Assembly (NCBI RefSeq): GCF_009914755.1
Contig: NC_060931.1
DNA from: the human T2T-CHM13v2.0 reference genome, Homo sapiens
Direction: 5' to 3' (one strand)
DNA length: 64,000 nt
Shown here one piece after another: positions 30,321 through 48,346 of this stretch (positions are counted from its first letter, which is position 1; each line of letters begins with the position of its first letter). The position numbers and the translations under genes were made by a program. The notes below the pieces were generated by a model. It had not been told where the DNA came from, searched no databases, and saw only the letters and a list, made by a program, of their open reading frames with translations.

Positions 30321-30852
30321 CTACAGTCTCAGCTAGTGACTTATCAATGATAAGCTAAACGCTTGAAGAACATGCTTTGAAAAATGGAAGGTCAGATAGA
30401 GAAATTGCATAAAGAAGCTAAGAACAATTTCAAGGCAGAGTCAGACATCTGATGTCCAAATTGAGAAACTGAGTCAAGAAACAGACTGCTGTTGGAAATC
30501 ACAGAAGTGGTCATAGAGCCTACCAAAAAAATGAATGAGTGCAGGTGGAAATCAGTAACTCTCACTCCCTCTGCAGATGGTTTGTCTCCAGTTGAATGTC
30601 TAGGTCTCATAGCTTCCTCCTCCCCCTTACAAAGCCCAGTTGTTACAGAAAATGGAACCAGGCCTCAAAGCTGGGTCATTTCTTCAATCCTCCATCTTTC
30701 TCAAAGCAACCTGTGCTTGGCAGATGGCAAATGGATTGGAAGCCCTGTTGGACTTGCTGTTATTGACTCTGAGTGTGCAATGGTGATCAAGCTAGCAGGA
30801 GTGTGGACTGAGCTTCTTCCAGGACAAGCACATGGGGACAATAAGCTTCTCA

Positions 30853-31369
<517 letters not shown>

Positions 31370-32014
31370 GGAAATATTGTAAAAGTATTGAAAAGAGAGT
31401 GCTATCCATTCATAAATGGCCAATCTGGACATGATCTCTTCACAGACATCATTGCTCCTGAGAGGGAAGTCGCTCTCATGACACAAAACTCTGGCACCCA
31501 GTTTTATAGGCAGAGCCCATGATCACCCCACACGTGGGTGTCCCCAACTTCAGCCCCAGGATCCGGCTATCAGGCACCACTCCTAGTCCTACTACTCCTA
31601 TTTTGAGAAGAGCCAGAGAGAGAGCTGTGACCCCTATTGAATGGCATTGATAAGCAGTGCATTCTGGGAAGAGTGATCTTTGGCAGGGTTGTACTGGTGT
31701 GAACTAGCACTAGAGGAACCAGGAATATAGATAGAACAACATAACCAGGAAAGTTGTTTCCACCTGTTTCGTTCTTCCTCCCTCTAGCTGAGATGGTGCT
31801 GTTAAACTCCAGCCAAAATGAGCAAAGGACAGTTCTAAACCATAGGTCTCTGCTTTGACAAATTCTGCACACCTGTCATACCTGTAAGTGGGAATAGTTC
31901 ATAATAATTAGTAATTAGTTATGGAGTGTTTTGTGTGGGTCAAGCATAGTGGTACATGTGTTTACCCTTTCATCCTCACAATAAGCCTGTGAAATAAGAA
32001 TTGTAATTATCACA

Positions 32015-34421
32015 TGTGTTAGGCCATTCTTGAGTTGCTAAAAGGAATACCTAAGACTGTGTAATTTATAAAGCAAAGAGATTTAATTGGCTTATGGTTC
32101 TGCAGGCTGTAAAGGAAGCATGGCACCAGCACCTGCTTGGCTTCTGGGAAGGCCTCAGGGAGCTTTTACTCAGGGGGAAAGCATAAGAGGAGCAGGCTTG
32201 TCACATGGCGAAAACAGGAGCAAGAGAGAGCACAGGAGAGGTGCCACACTTTTAAAAACCAGATCTGTCAAGAACTCACCATCTCAAGGAAAGCACCAAG
32301 CCATGAGGGATCCGCTCCCATGACCCAAACACCTCCCACCAGGCTCCACCTTGGGGATTACATTTCAACATGAGATTTAGAGGGGGCAAACTATATCATT
32401 CCACCTCTCCTCAAATTTCATGTCTTTTTCACATTGCAAAATACAATCATCCCCTGCCAGTAATCCCCTGAAGTCTTAATTCATTCCAACACTAACTCAA
32501 GTTCAAAGTCCTATCTGGAGATGAATTCCTTCTATATATGAGACTATAAAAACAAAACAAGTTATTTATTTCCGAGATATAATGAGGGTACAAGCATCAG
32601 GTAAATATTCCAATTCCAACAGGGATAAGTTGGCCAAAAGAAAGGGCCGCAGGGCCCATGGAAGTTCAAAACCCAGCAGAGAAGTCATTAAATCTTAAAG
32701 CTCCAAAATAATCTCATTCGATTTCATGTCCCACATTCAGGACACACTGGTGCCAGAGGTGGGCTCCCTTGGGCACCTCTGCCTCTGTGGCTTTTCAGGG
32801 TTCAGCCTTTGCAGCTGCTGTCACAGATTGGAATGCAATGCCTGTGGCTTTTCCAGGTACAGAGTGCAAGCTGCTGGTGATACCATTCTGGGGTCTGGAA
32901 AACTTTGGCCCCTTCCTCACAGCTCCACTAGGCAGTGTACCATAGGGAATCTGTGCAGGGCCTCCAACCCCACATTTCCCCTCAGCACTTCCCCAGTAGA
33001 GGTTCTCCATAAGGGCTCTACTCCTGCAGCAGGCTTCTGCCTGTGTGCCCAGGCTTTCTCATACATACTCTGAAATCTAGCTGGAGGCTGCCAAGCCTCC
33101 TTCACTCTTGAACTTTGTGAACCCACGGGCTTAACACCACATGGAAGCCACCAGGGCTTACAGCTCGCAGCCTCTGGAGTGGTAGCCTGAGCTATACCTC
33201 AGCTCCTCTGAGCCAGAGCTAGCACCAGAAAGCTGGGATTTTGGGGAGCAGCGTCCTGGAGCTGCACAGGGCATAAGGGCCCTGGGCCAGGCCCACAGAA
33301 CAATTCAGTCTTCCTGGGTCTCTGGCTCTGGGATGGAAGGAGTTCCCTCAGAGACCTGTGAAATGCCTTCAAGACCTTTTTCCCATTGTCTTGGCTATCA
33401 GCTCCTGCCTCCCTTTTATTTATGCTGATTTCTCTACCAACTGGTTGCTCCACAGCCCTCTTAGATTCTTCCCCTGAAAATGGGCTTTCCTTTTCTACCA
33501 CATAGCTGGGCTGAAAATTTTCCAAATTTTTATACTCTGCTTCCTCTTGAAATATAACTCCCAACTTTAAGTCATTTCTTAACTCCCACATCTGTGTGTA
33601 GGTTGTGAACAGCCAGGTAACCTCTGAAAAGCTTTTCTGCTTAGAAATTTCTTCTAGTGGGTACACTAAATTATCACTCTTAAGTTCAAACTTCCACAGA
33701 TCACTAAGGCATGAACACAATGCAGCCAAGTTCTTTGCTAAGGCATAATATGAGTAATCTTTGCTCCAGTTCCCAATACATTTCTCATTTCTGTCTGAGA
33801 CCTTGTCAGCCTGAACTTCACTGTCCATTGCACCATCAGATCATCATTTTGGTCACAACCATTTAACCAGTCTTTAAGAAGTTCCAAATTTTCATCTTCC
33901 TGTCTTCTTCTGAGCCCTCCAAACTCTTCCAACCTCTGCCTGTTACCCAGTTCCAAAGCTGCTTTCACATTTTCAGGTATTTTTACAGCAAGGCCCCACT
34001 CCTCAGCACAAATTTTCTGTGTTAGGCTGTACTTGCATTGCTATAAAGGAATACCTAAGACTGGGTAATTTATAAAGAAAAAAAGTTCAATTGGCTCATG
34101 GTTCTACGAGCTATCAGGGAAGAATGATGTTGGTATCTGCTTGGCTTCTGGGGAGGCCTCAGGGAGCTTTTACTCATGGCAGAAGGCAAAGGGGGAGCAG
34201 GCACATCACATGGCAAAAGCAAGAGCAAGAGTTATGGAGAAGGTCCCACACACTTGCAAACAACCAGATCTCTCGAGAATTCACTCACTATTGCAAGGAC
34301 AGCATCAAGCCATGTGGAATCTGCCCCCATGATTCAATCACCTCCCACCATGCCCTACCTCCAACATTAGGGATTATAATTCTGTGTGAGATTTAGAGGG
34401 GAAAATATCCAAACTATATCA
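32015..34421 (-). mobile_element. Full-length MST (A/B) MaLR provirus: LTRs 34018-34421 (5') and 32015-32398 (3'), internal region about 1.6 kb
   Basis: Two homologous LTRs (tgtgttaggc...aaactatatca), MaLR internal sequence, TSD tcaca/tcact; inserted in a MIR. Confidence 0.92.
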
Positions 34422-34507
34422 TCACTGTGCTACAGATGGAAAAAGAGGGGCACAGAAGATTGCATTGCTTGAGGTAGTACGTGCTAAAGATGGAACTTTA
34501 CCCCTGA

Positions 34508-34826
<319 letters not shown>

Positions 34827-34956
34827 TCAACACCCAAGCTCTTAACCCTTATGGTATACAACTCACTTTTAGTCATAGTGTTTTGGGTACCATCATACTT
34901 TAGAAATTTACAGTGTTGTGCATATGTTGTTGAATTTTTAGGATTAACAAATAGAT

Positions 34957-35062
34957 GTGTTTGCTTCAGCAACATGTATACTAAAATTGGAATGATATAG
35001 AGAAGATAAGCATGGCCCCTGCACAAGGATGACACACAAATTCATGAAGCGTCCCATATTTT
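34957..35062 (+). pseudogene. U6 snRNA retropseudogene (RNU6-xP type), full length
   Basis: 106 nt colinear with U6, 13 substitutions (about 6 at CpG), ACAGAGA box mutated to ATAGAGA, no evident upstream U6 promoter. Confidence 0.96.
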
Positions 35063-36429
35063 ATATGCATATGAATTGGAAGTCGTTATATGAGGAAGAG
35101 ACAGCTCAGAGGTTTATTAAAATAAGCAAAACACAAAGGCAGAAAGTATCTGAGAAAAAGTAGGCATTTGATCATCAATTTATTTCCAAACATTTAGAGA
35201 GTAGTTTTATTATTGAAACATAATCAAAGAATATTAAGAAAACACTGAATTGCTTTAATTCTTTTAATGGTTACCTTAGGATTTATAGTGCACATCTCTA
35301 ATTAATAATGGTCTATATTCAAATAATATGCATCTCACAGGTAATATAAACCAGTAGAACAGTATATTCCACATTTTTCCCTGGTATTTTTGTGATATTG
35401 TCATTTTATGTTTTACTTGTATATATGGTATAAATACACAATACATTGCTACTATTTTGCTTTAGATAGTTTTTTTAAATGTAATTTCAATTAAAAATTA
35501 TACTTTACTTAAAAAAAGTAGGTAAGTTATTGAAAGATTATTTTTCAACACAAGTCTTTGTGTTGAAAATAATTTAGAAATTATTAGAAAAATTTTTAAA
35601 TAATTTTTCAGCAAAAGTTATATCTTAAGTTTTATTGTAATTTTTATTTTCTTCGCTTTCATGGAAATGACATATTTTCCACTTCTATTATCAATTTCTA
35701 TCTTATAGTGTGTGCATGCTTCTTTGTTCAATTAACTGTTAGGTTCACTTCTCTTTTTGCATAAACTCTTTATAAATTATTATGTAGTATTTAACTTTTC
35801 ACAATATTTGAGACCAATATTTTTCCAAATGATTTTCTGCCATCAAAGTTTGAATGATTTTATGTACAGATGATTTTACCATTTTAGTCAAAAAATATTT
35901 CCTTTAGTAATTTTTTCTCTATTCTTATGAGTCTCTCTAATTCAGAGGACAGAAAGACAATGATCACTCCAGGCTACTGAAAGTGTGGTTGCTATCAAGT
36001 GTCAAACTGAGAACTGAAGGTTGCTGTTGGCAAAAGAAATTGAGAAGAACCATTTAGAAACTTCATTTGCAATATGACAGATAAATTATATGCCTATTAA
36101 ATCTGATAATTTGAAAATGGGGTTGATAGTTTATGCCTTTTATTGTACTTTCCCAATAATTCCATTTTAGTCTATTTTTAAAAGTGTTACCCATGACATA
36201 TTTAGAGGAGAGAGAGAATTGTTCCTTCACAACAGAAAGTTTGAGAATTATTGGCCTATTATTTTCTCTCCATTTTTAGCATTTGGAGAAAAAGGCAGAA
36301 TAAATAAGTTTTGCTTTTGTTTTTATTTTTTTCTGATTTGTTTATGTACACATATAATTTAAATATAAGATAAAGTTATTTTGATATATGTTATGTCTTA
36401 TGTTTGACTATTATTTATTTTAAAAAATT

Positions 36430-40567
<4,138 letters not shown>

Positions 40568-41302
40568 ATAAAAATTTTTGGCAAAGCTCCATTATGATTT
40601 AGTTCATTTTGTCCAAACTAATTTGCAATGACCCTTTTTCATTGTTATTATATTTATGACCTTCTAATGTTAAACTCTTGATCTCTTATTCCAATCATAC
40701 ATTGTGGCACCATTGCTATAATCTTTTAATTTTTGATAACGTTTTTTCTCATGGAGATATTATTCTTTAATAGATATATATCATTCAATTGAACGATGTA
40801 GTAAAATGTATTTATTTCCTTAATACACGTTATTTAGGATATATCTAATTTCAACATTATTCATAATGTTGCAGTGAATATCCTTAGTCTAGGATTTTTT
40901 CAGCATATCTATTTGCTTAGGATAATTTAAAATAAATTTCATTGTTCAAACAGAAGAAAAGTTATCATCCATCCATCATAAGAAAGAAGCATGAGGGAGA
41001 GAAAGACATTTAGGAAAATGTTGCTGAATTATATGCCTAGGAATGGTCCGTGAAAGTACACATTTCTTAGCACTATTTATAACATCAACAATGCCATGTT
41101 AACCAAAAATACATCTAACTTGAAAAGCTTGATTTGTTTTCATGCCTCTTATTTCTGGTAAGATAGAAATATTTTCATATTTTTACTGGACTTTGGTATT
41201 TTTTAAATTTATTAATTGCCTATCACATGTTTTATCTTCTACTCAAGAGTTGACCTCTTTTAAATCAATTTGTAGGATTATTTTAAAATATAAGTTGAGT
41301 AT

Positions 41303-41862
41303 CATGCAAAGAACATGGCAGGCCCGAGACTGCTATTGTTAGAAAGACCTGCTTGCAAGTTGGCCCTTGGCTGGCATCTGGGAACTTGTATTTTGGGAGT
41401 GTTCTCACCATTTCCTAATTGATGAGGGTGTCTCACTCTGCTTAAACTGTGTGTACAAGCAATGTGGTTTATGTGAGGCACCTGCTTTTTTTCTGGGAGT
41501 CTGGAATTTTGGTACATACTAGGCAGAGAGTGCCTTTATGTCCAGCACACGATAAAAACCATGGATGCTGAGTAGGTTTCTCAGACAAACAACATTTCAC
41601 ATGTGTTGTCATGTTTACATGCTGGTCAAAATCAAGCTTGTCTTGTGTGACTCCACTGGGAAAGAGCCCTTAAAAGCTTGCACGTGGTTTCTTCTGGCCT
41701 TCTCCCCCATGCAGCCTCCCCCAATGCAGCCTCCCCTTGGCTGACTCTGTTTGCATTCTTCTCTGTAATAAATCTTGGCCATAGCACAACTGCATGCTGA
41801 GTCCCGTGAGTCTTCGTGGAGAGTCCTCAAACAGCGGTGTGGCCCTGGGGAACCCTGGCACA
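41303..41862 (+). mobile_element. MER68-like solo LTR
   Basis: gcaggcccgagactgcta...cctgcttgcaagttggcccttggctggcatctgggaac; AATAAA; ends ggggaaccctggcaca; TSD about agtat/tgtat. Confidence 0.85.
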
Positions 41863-41929
41863 TGTATTAACCTTTTAATCTCATACTTCATGTACATAGT
41901 TCTCAAGACTTTCCTGTTTCCTTTTTATA

Positions 41930-42572
<643 letters not shown>

Positions 42573-44240
42573 AAAAACAAAATTCAAGATCATTCAAGAT
42601 CATTCAAGATCAGCAGCCAAGTGTGTCTTCAGACTTGACTCTATATGCTTTGTAAGTAGCGTAAATTCCTCTCAGATCCTTGAAATATTTTGTAACTTTT
42701 ACTTTCCAATGTTATGAATTGTCATCTTTTTCCAGCTTTTATAGGTAGGTTTTAAAATGAGGAATGGGAAAATAGATGTGTGGGCTGGAGCCGGACAGGA
42801 ATTTTTAAATGGCAAACATTTTCATATATTTCCTAGCAATTTTTTTTTCTTGCAAAATCTTTAACAGAAATCACAATGTAAGTTCTAAATTACAATAGTG
42901 TTAACAGAGGAACATTCATACAGCTTGGAGGAAAAATCAAGTAACAAAAGCTTTAAGAAGATAACGTCCTACTTTTAAAAAGTGACTCGGGTAATTTAAT
43001 ATAAACACTTAAAAGACAGAAAAAAATTATTCAATTTAATTAGAAGTAAAAATGGCTTTTATGTTGTTTTATGTAACTCTGCTTCTGCAGAGTAAAATTT
43101 AATATCTTTATAAAATGAAGTTCCTTTGCACAAGCTGCCAACTATGCAAATAATTTTGTCATTTTTAGAACATGCTGAAAAAGAACACCATTTGCTATAT
43201 TAAATGGACGAGAGAGCTTCAGAACTGACAAATGATGGTTATGATAGGAAAAATAGAATGCCAGGACCTGGGCAAGGAGTAAAATAAAGACAGGAATTAA
43301 AACTGTATAAAGAAACACTGAAGAGCCAGGTTGGTCCATAAGCAACAAAAACAACAACAAACCTCTGAAGATAAGACATAATACAATTATAAATGTGAAT
43401 TTTCAACTCAGGAAAGATCTGCATGTCTATTTTATGACTTTTCTGTTCTTGAGTTCTAACCTTCTATATCTCTTTGATCTCTCTCTTTTGGCTAGATTAT
43501 TTCCTCAAGTTATAAGTTAAATGATACACAGACAGTATATTTTCTGACTCATTTTCATGGTAAGTCTTGCTGTTCACTTTCAAATGTTTCAAAAATTGTG
43601 CCTTGATATAAAATTTTTGCTTCACAGTTCTTACCTCCAGCATGATGGAGTTGAAGTTTCACAAATATTCTTCCCCAAAAAGTTACAATAAAGTAGTACA
43701 ATTAACTGTCAAAAACATGAATTTCAACACTGGATATTGACTAAAGGCACACAAACTATAAGAAGCGTTTGTTCATGAAAATGACCCACGTTTAGGTGAC
43801 ACTCTAGCATTCAGTCCCAAGTCCCCTCCCTAGACTGGTGGTGAGTTCATCCAGCTCAATGGGGGTGGTAAAAGCCAGCATCTGCCTGGTGGAGGCTCAC
43901 CTAGGTGCGGAACAGAGCTAGCAGCTCCTCCTAGGATGCAGTTCTCTTTGCAGCAAGCAAAGGCGCAGAAGATTCACTGAGGATTTAACTGTAAGTGTTA
44001 GAAGGTATTGCATTTTGAGATAATTAGATTCAAATTCAGTTGTAGAGAGACAATACAAGGAGGAGATCATTGTGGTTTTAATTTGCATTTCCCTAATGGT
44101 GTTAAACCTCTTTTGATATGCTTATTTTCCCATCTGTAAGTCTTCATAACATCTTCAGCCAAATGCCTCTTCCAACCTTTTGCCAATTTTTCACTTGAAT
44201 AATTGCTTGCTTTATTCCTGCTGAGTTGTGAGAGTTCCTT

Positions 44241-44722
44241 TCTTTTAACTTTTATTTTAGGTTCAGGGGTACATGCGCAGGTTTGTTATATAGGTAAATT
44301 GCATGTCATGTAAACAGGAGTTTGGTGTACAGACTGTTTCACCACCCAGGTAATAAACATAGTACCCAATAAGGTAGTTTCTTGATCCTCCTCCTCCTCC
44401 CTCTCTCCACTCTCAAGCAGGCCCTGGGGTCTGCTCTTCCCTTCTTTGTGTCCATATGTACTCAATGTTTAGCTCCCACTTATAGGTGAGAACATGCGGT
44501 ATTTGCTCTTTTGTTCCTGTGTTAGTTCATTTAGGATAAGGGCCACCAGCTCCATCCATGTTCCTGCAAAGGATATGATTTCATTCTTTTTTATAGCAGC
44601 ATAGTATTCCATGGTGTAGATTTACCACATTTTCTTTATCCAGTCTACCACTGATGTGCATTTAGGTTGACTCCATGTCTTTGCTATTGTGAATAGTGCT
44701 GCAATGAACATATGCATGCAAT
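44241..44722 (-). mobile_element. Older L1PA (PA11-13-like) 3' end
   Basis: ttttaggttcaggggtacatgcgcaggtttgttatataggtaaattgcatgtc. Confidence 0.85.
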
Positions 44723-46441
44723 CTTTTTGACTTTTTGCTTAAAATGTTTGCTGATCCTTTGTTTCATTTTTCATAGTCTTAGAACTTTTAATCTATTGAC
44801 AACTTTTAACAATTTAGTATACTCCTATGAACAAAATTTGGAACATATTTGATGCTCTCTACCTGATTTTTCCAGAATTTGGAAATATTTGTGAGTATTC
44901 TTAACTTATGGCAATACAGTTATTTGCGCAAGTGCAATAAGAATCTGCTTTCATTTGTAACAGGACACAACTGGAGAAACTGGTTATTTTACCAAGGATT
45001 TGACTGGAATGGTGTGCTTTCCTTTAAGGAATCGAACTTGACTTATGAAGACAATAAAGCCCTTGGGAAAACTGGCCTCATATTTTGTGCACACAGTCCC
45101 TGTACAGGGTTTCTAATCTATGATAAGTAAAGAATGTGACTCTCTGACAGGCCCAGAAGCCCCAGGTTTATCTTGGAACCTCAAGAGGAGAGGAAATTCA
45201 CATAACTCATAGGTATTTGATGGCACAATCTATGGCTGGGCATGGCTTTAAAAAGGTCTTATCTGAGATTCCTTCTATGGAACAAAGTTCCATCAAAGCC
45301 AATCTAAAGGCCTAAAAAATAATTACTCTTGCTGCACTGTATATAAATAATTAAGCCAAGTATAATAAAGCAAACCAGTCCTACCATGATTTGTCTTTAG
45401 TACAAATGGGAACTGGAGAGGGAGAAAAAAATTATGTTTCAAAACTATAGTAACACTAGTTGTTAGATTCTAATCTTGCCTAATGTTTTTTTTTCAGTTT
45501 TTATTATTTTCTACAGTTTGAACCAAATTCTAATTTTTCTTGGCTATAAGTCTTCAAAATAATGTTTTCCATTTTTTTCTTCTTTTTTTTTTCATTTTTC
45601 CTAATTTGGAGTCACTGAAAACTAAGCTGTGCTTTCTTAGAACCCTGCAAACTGAAGCCAGACAACTTAAACTTCAGAAGAAAATAACAACAACCTGTTT
45701 ATATACCTAAGCCACTTTCATACCCATCTACTAATGTATGGACTTCAGAATAATGTGGCCTATATCGATTTTTCCAGGATCGTTCTTCAGTTTGTTGTTT
45801 TTTCTCCCTTTCTCTCCCCTATTTTCTCTTCGCAGGACACAACCTGCTAAAAATGAGCTTTCAGGACCTACCCCTCTAGGAATAAACTATCAGAGCCATA
45901 AGAGATCAGATGAAACCTGAGATCACACTCATTTTCTTGTAAAATGCTTCCTCCAAAAGAGTTTACGAAGAGGGGGGAAATGTGAAAGGAAATTATATTG
46001 GGCCCCCCAAATCACTAAGAAAAACTCAACCTGGAAACTGCTTAGAGCAAATCTGCCTCTCATTCTATTCAAAGTCACCCCTCTGTTCACAGAGATAGAT
46101 GCATATCTGATCGCCTTCTTTGGAAAGGCTAATCAGAAACTCAAAAGAATGCAACCGTTTGTGTCTCATCTATCTGTGACCTGGAAGCTCCCTCCCCACT
46201 TTAGGTCTTCCTGCCCTTGCTTCAAGATGTCCCGCCATTCCAGATCAAACCAATGTACTTCTTACATATATTGATTGATGTCTCATGTCTCCCTAAAATA
46301 TATAAAGCCAAGCTGTGCCCCGACCACCTTGGGCACATGTTGTCAGGACTTCCTGAGGCTGCGTCATGGGCATGTCCTCAACCTTGGCAAAATAAACCTT
46401 CTGAATTAACTGAGACCTGTCTCAGATTCTCTGGGTTCACA
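44723..46441 (+). mobile_element. ERV1 MER4 provirus, 3' part: MER4-int plus MER4A1-like 3' LTR (45981-46441); 5' LTR absent
   Basis: MER4-group internal sequence, polypurine tract gaagaggggggaaa directly before TGTGAAAGG; LTR ends gggttcaca. Confidence 0.85.
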
Positions 46442-46545
46442 CTTCTCTCCACCTTTCAAGGTTTTCTCATGTTTGTTTATATAAAATGTCCAGGATTTTT
46501 GGTTATACTAAGCAGAAGGAATAGGGAAAAGTATATTTTCCAGAA
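46442..46545 (-). mobile_element. L1MC-like 5' end fragment
   Basis: Reverse complement reads cttttccctattcc...cctggacattttatataaacaaacatgag...tgaaaggtggagagaag. Confidence 0.55.
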
Positions 46546-46644
46546 GAGAAACATAGTTTTGATTTAATATTAATATCATTATTCTTTTATTTAACAGTAA
46601 TCATTTTGAGGTCCCCTTTCTTCTTAGGGTTCATGATAGTTTCC

Positions 46645-47202
46645 TGTGTTAATTTATACTATAGCATAACAAATTAACACAAACAAACAGCCTTAAAACC
46701 ACACATAGGTATTTGCTTCCTAGGTTCCCTGGGGCTTAGATGCATCTTGTGCTCAGAGTTTCACAAAGCTGAAATCCAGGGTCAAAGTCTCCCATGGTGC
46801 TGGGAGCTCTGTTCAAGCTCAGTCCGTTCGTTGACAGAAACCAGTTCCTCGAAATTGTAGGACTTCTGCTTTCAGCTCCTAGAGGCAGGGCCGCAGACAG
46901 TTCAAACCTTGACTCTTCCCTTTCTTCAAGGTCTCTATGATTCAAAGCTTTCCCTTCAGGAAAGACCTGGCCTTTTTTTCTTTTTGAAGGGCTTACCTGA
47001 TTAGGTGAAGCCTACCTGGAAAAATCTTGTTTTTGGTTAACTCAGGTAAACCAATTAGGGAATTTACATGAGTCTGCAAAAACCCCTGTCCTGTGCCACG
47101 TAAGCAGCCTCCTCATAAGAGCAGAATCCCATGGTATTCACAAAGTCCCACCCACACTCACAGAGGGGATATACAGGCCAAGGTAGAATTCTGCCTGTCA
47201 CA
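46645..47202 (-). mobile_element. MLT1 (E/F-like) solo LTR
   Basis: gcataacaaatta...tcacaaagctgaaatc...gattaggt...tagaattctgcctgtcaca. Confidence 0.8.
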
Positions 47203-47598
47203 GTTCTTCTATTTCTTTCTGGAGTTCACACATGAGATTTTAACGAATCAGAGAACGATATTTATATACGATGTGATGCAGGGATCCCACTTCATTTCCC
47301 ACTATAGGATAAATAATTGTGCAAGCCCCATTTATTGATTAGTTCATTCTTTCCTTAGTGACCTGCTGTGCCACCTTGAGATATGCCAGGTGTAACCATA
47401 TATGTCTGTTTCTGTTTCTAAGGTGTATTTACTTCATTGGTCAGTTTATCTATGCCTGTTCCAAGGCTGAATTTTAATTTATATATCGGTATAAGCTCTG
47501 ATAATCTAGAAAAGAAAATTCACTGCCTGTGGCTGTTCTCATGCCTTTTATTTCTCATATTAGCTTTAGTATAAAAGTGACTTGAAAAACTCTTTCAG

Positions 47599-47995
<397 letters not shown>

Positions 47996-48172
47996 TTATA
48001 TTTGTGCATCTTGCTATCTATAAATATAGTAAATATCTCCATTTATTTAAATTTTCTTTGTCTTCAATAAATTATTCAATTGGCTCTTTACAAATCTAGA
48101 ATGTATTTTATTAATTTTCCCCTAGATACCCTTTCTGTTGTTTTGTTGCTGTTACTATAAATGGCAGCTTTA

Positions 48173-48346
48173 GGGGGAGGAGGGAGGGATAGCATTAGGA
48201 GATATACCTAATGCTAAATGACGAGTTAATGGGTGCAGCACACCAGCATGGCACATGTATACATATGTAACTAACCTGCACGTTGTGCACATGTACCCTA
48301 AAACTTAAAGTATAATAATAATAAAATAAATAAATAAAATAAATAA
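48173..48346 (+). mobile_element. Very short L1PA2/3-like 3' end
   Basis: Last 140 nt or so of the L1PA 3' UTR plus A-rich tail; perfect 16-bp TSD ataaatggcagcttta. Confidence 0.95.

Noticed and set aside
34957-35062. Functional U6 snRNA gene
   Set aside because: 13 substitutions including the ACAGAGA box, CpG decay and no evident PSE/TATA promoter.
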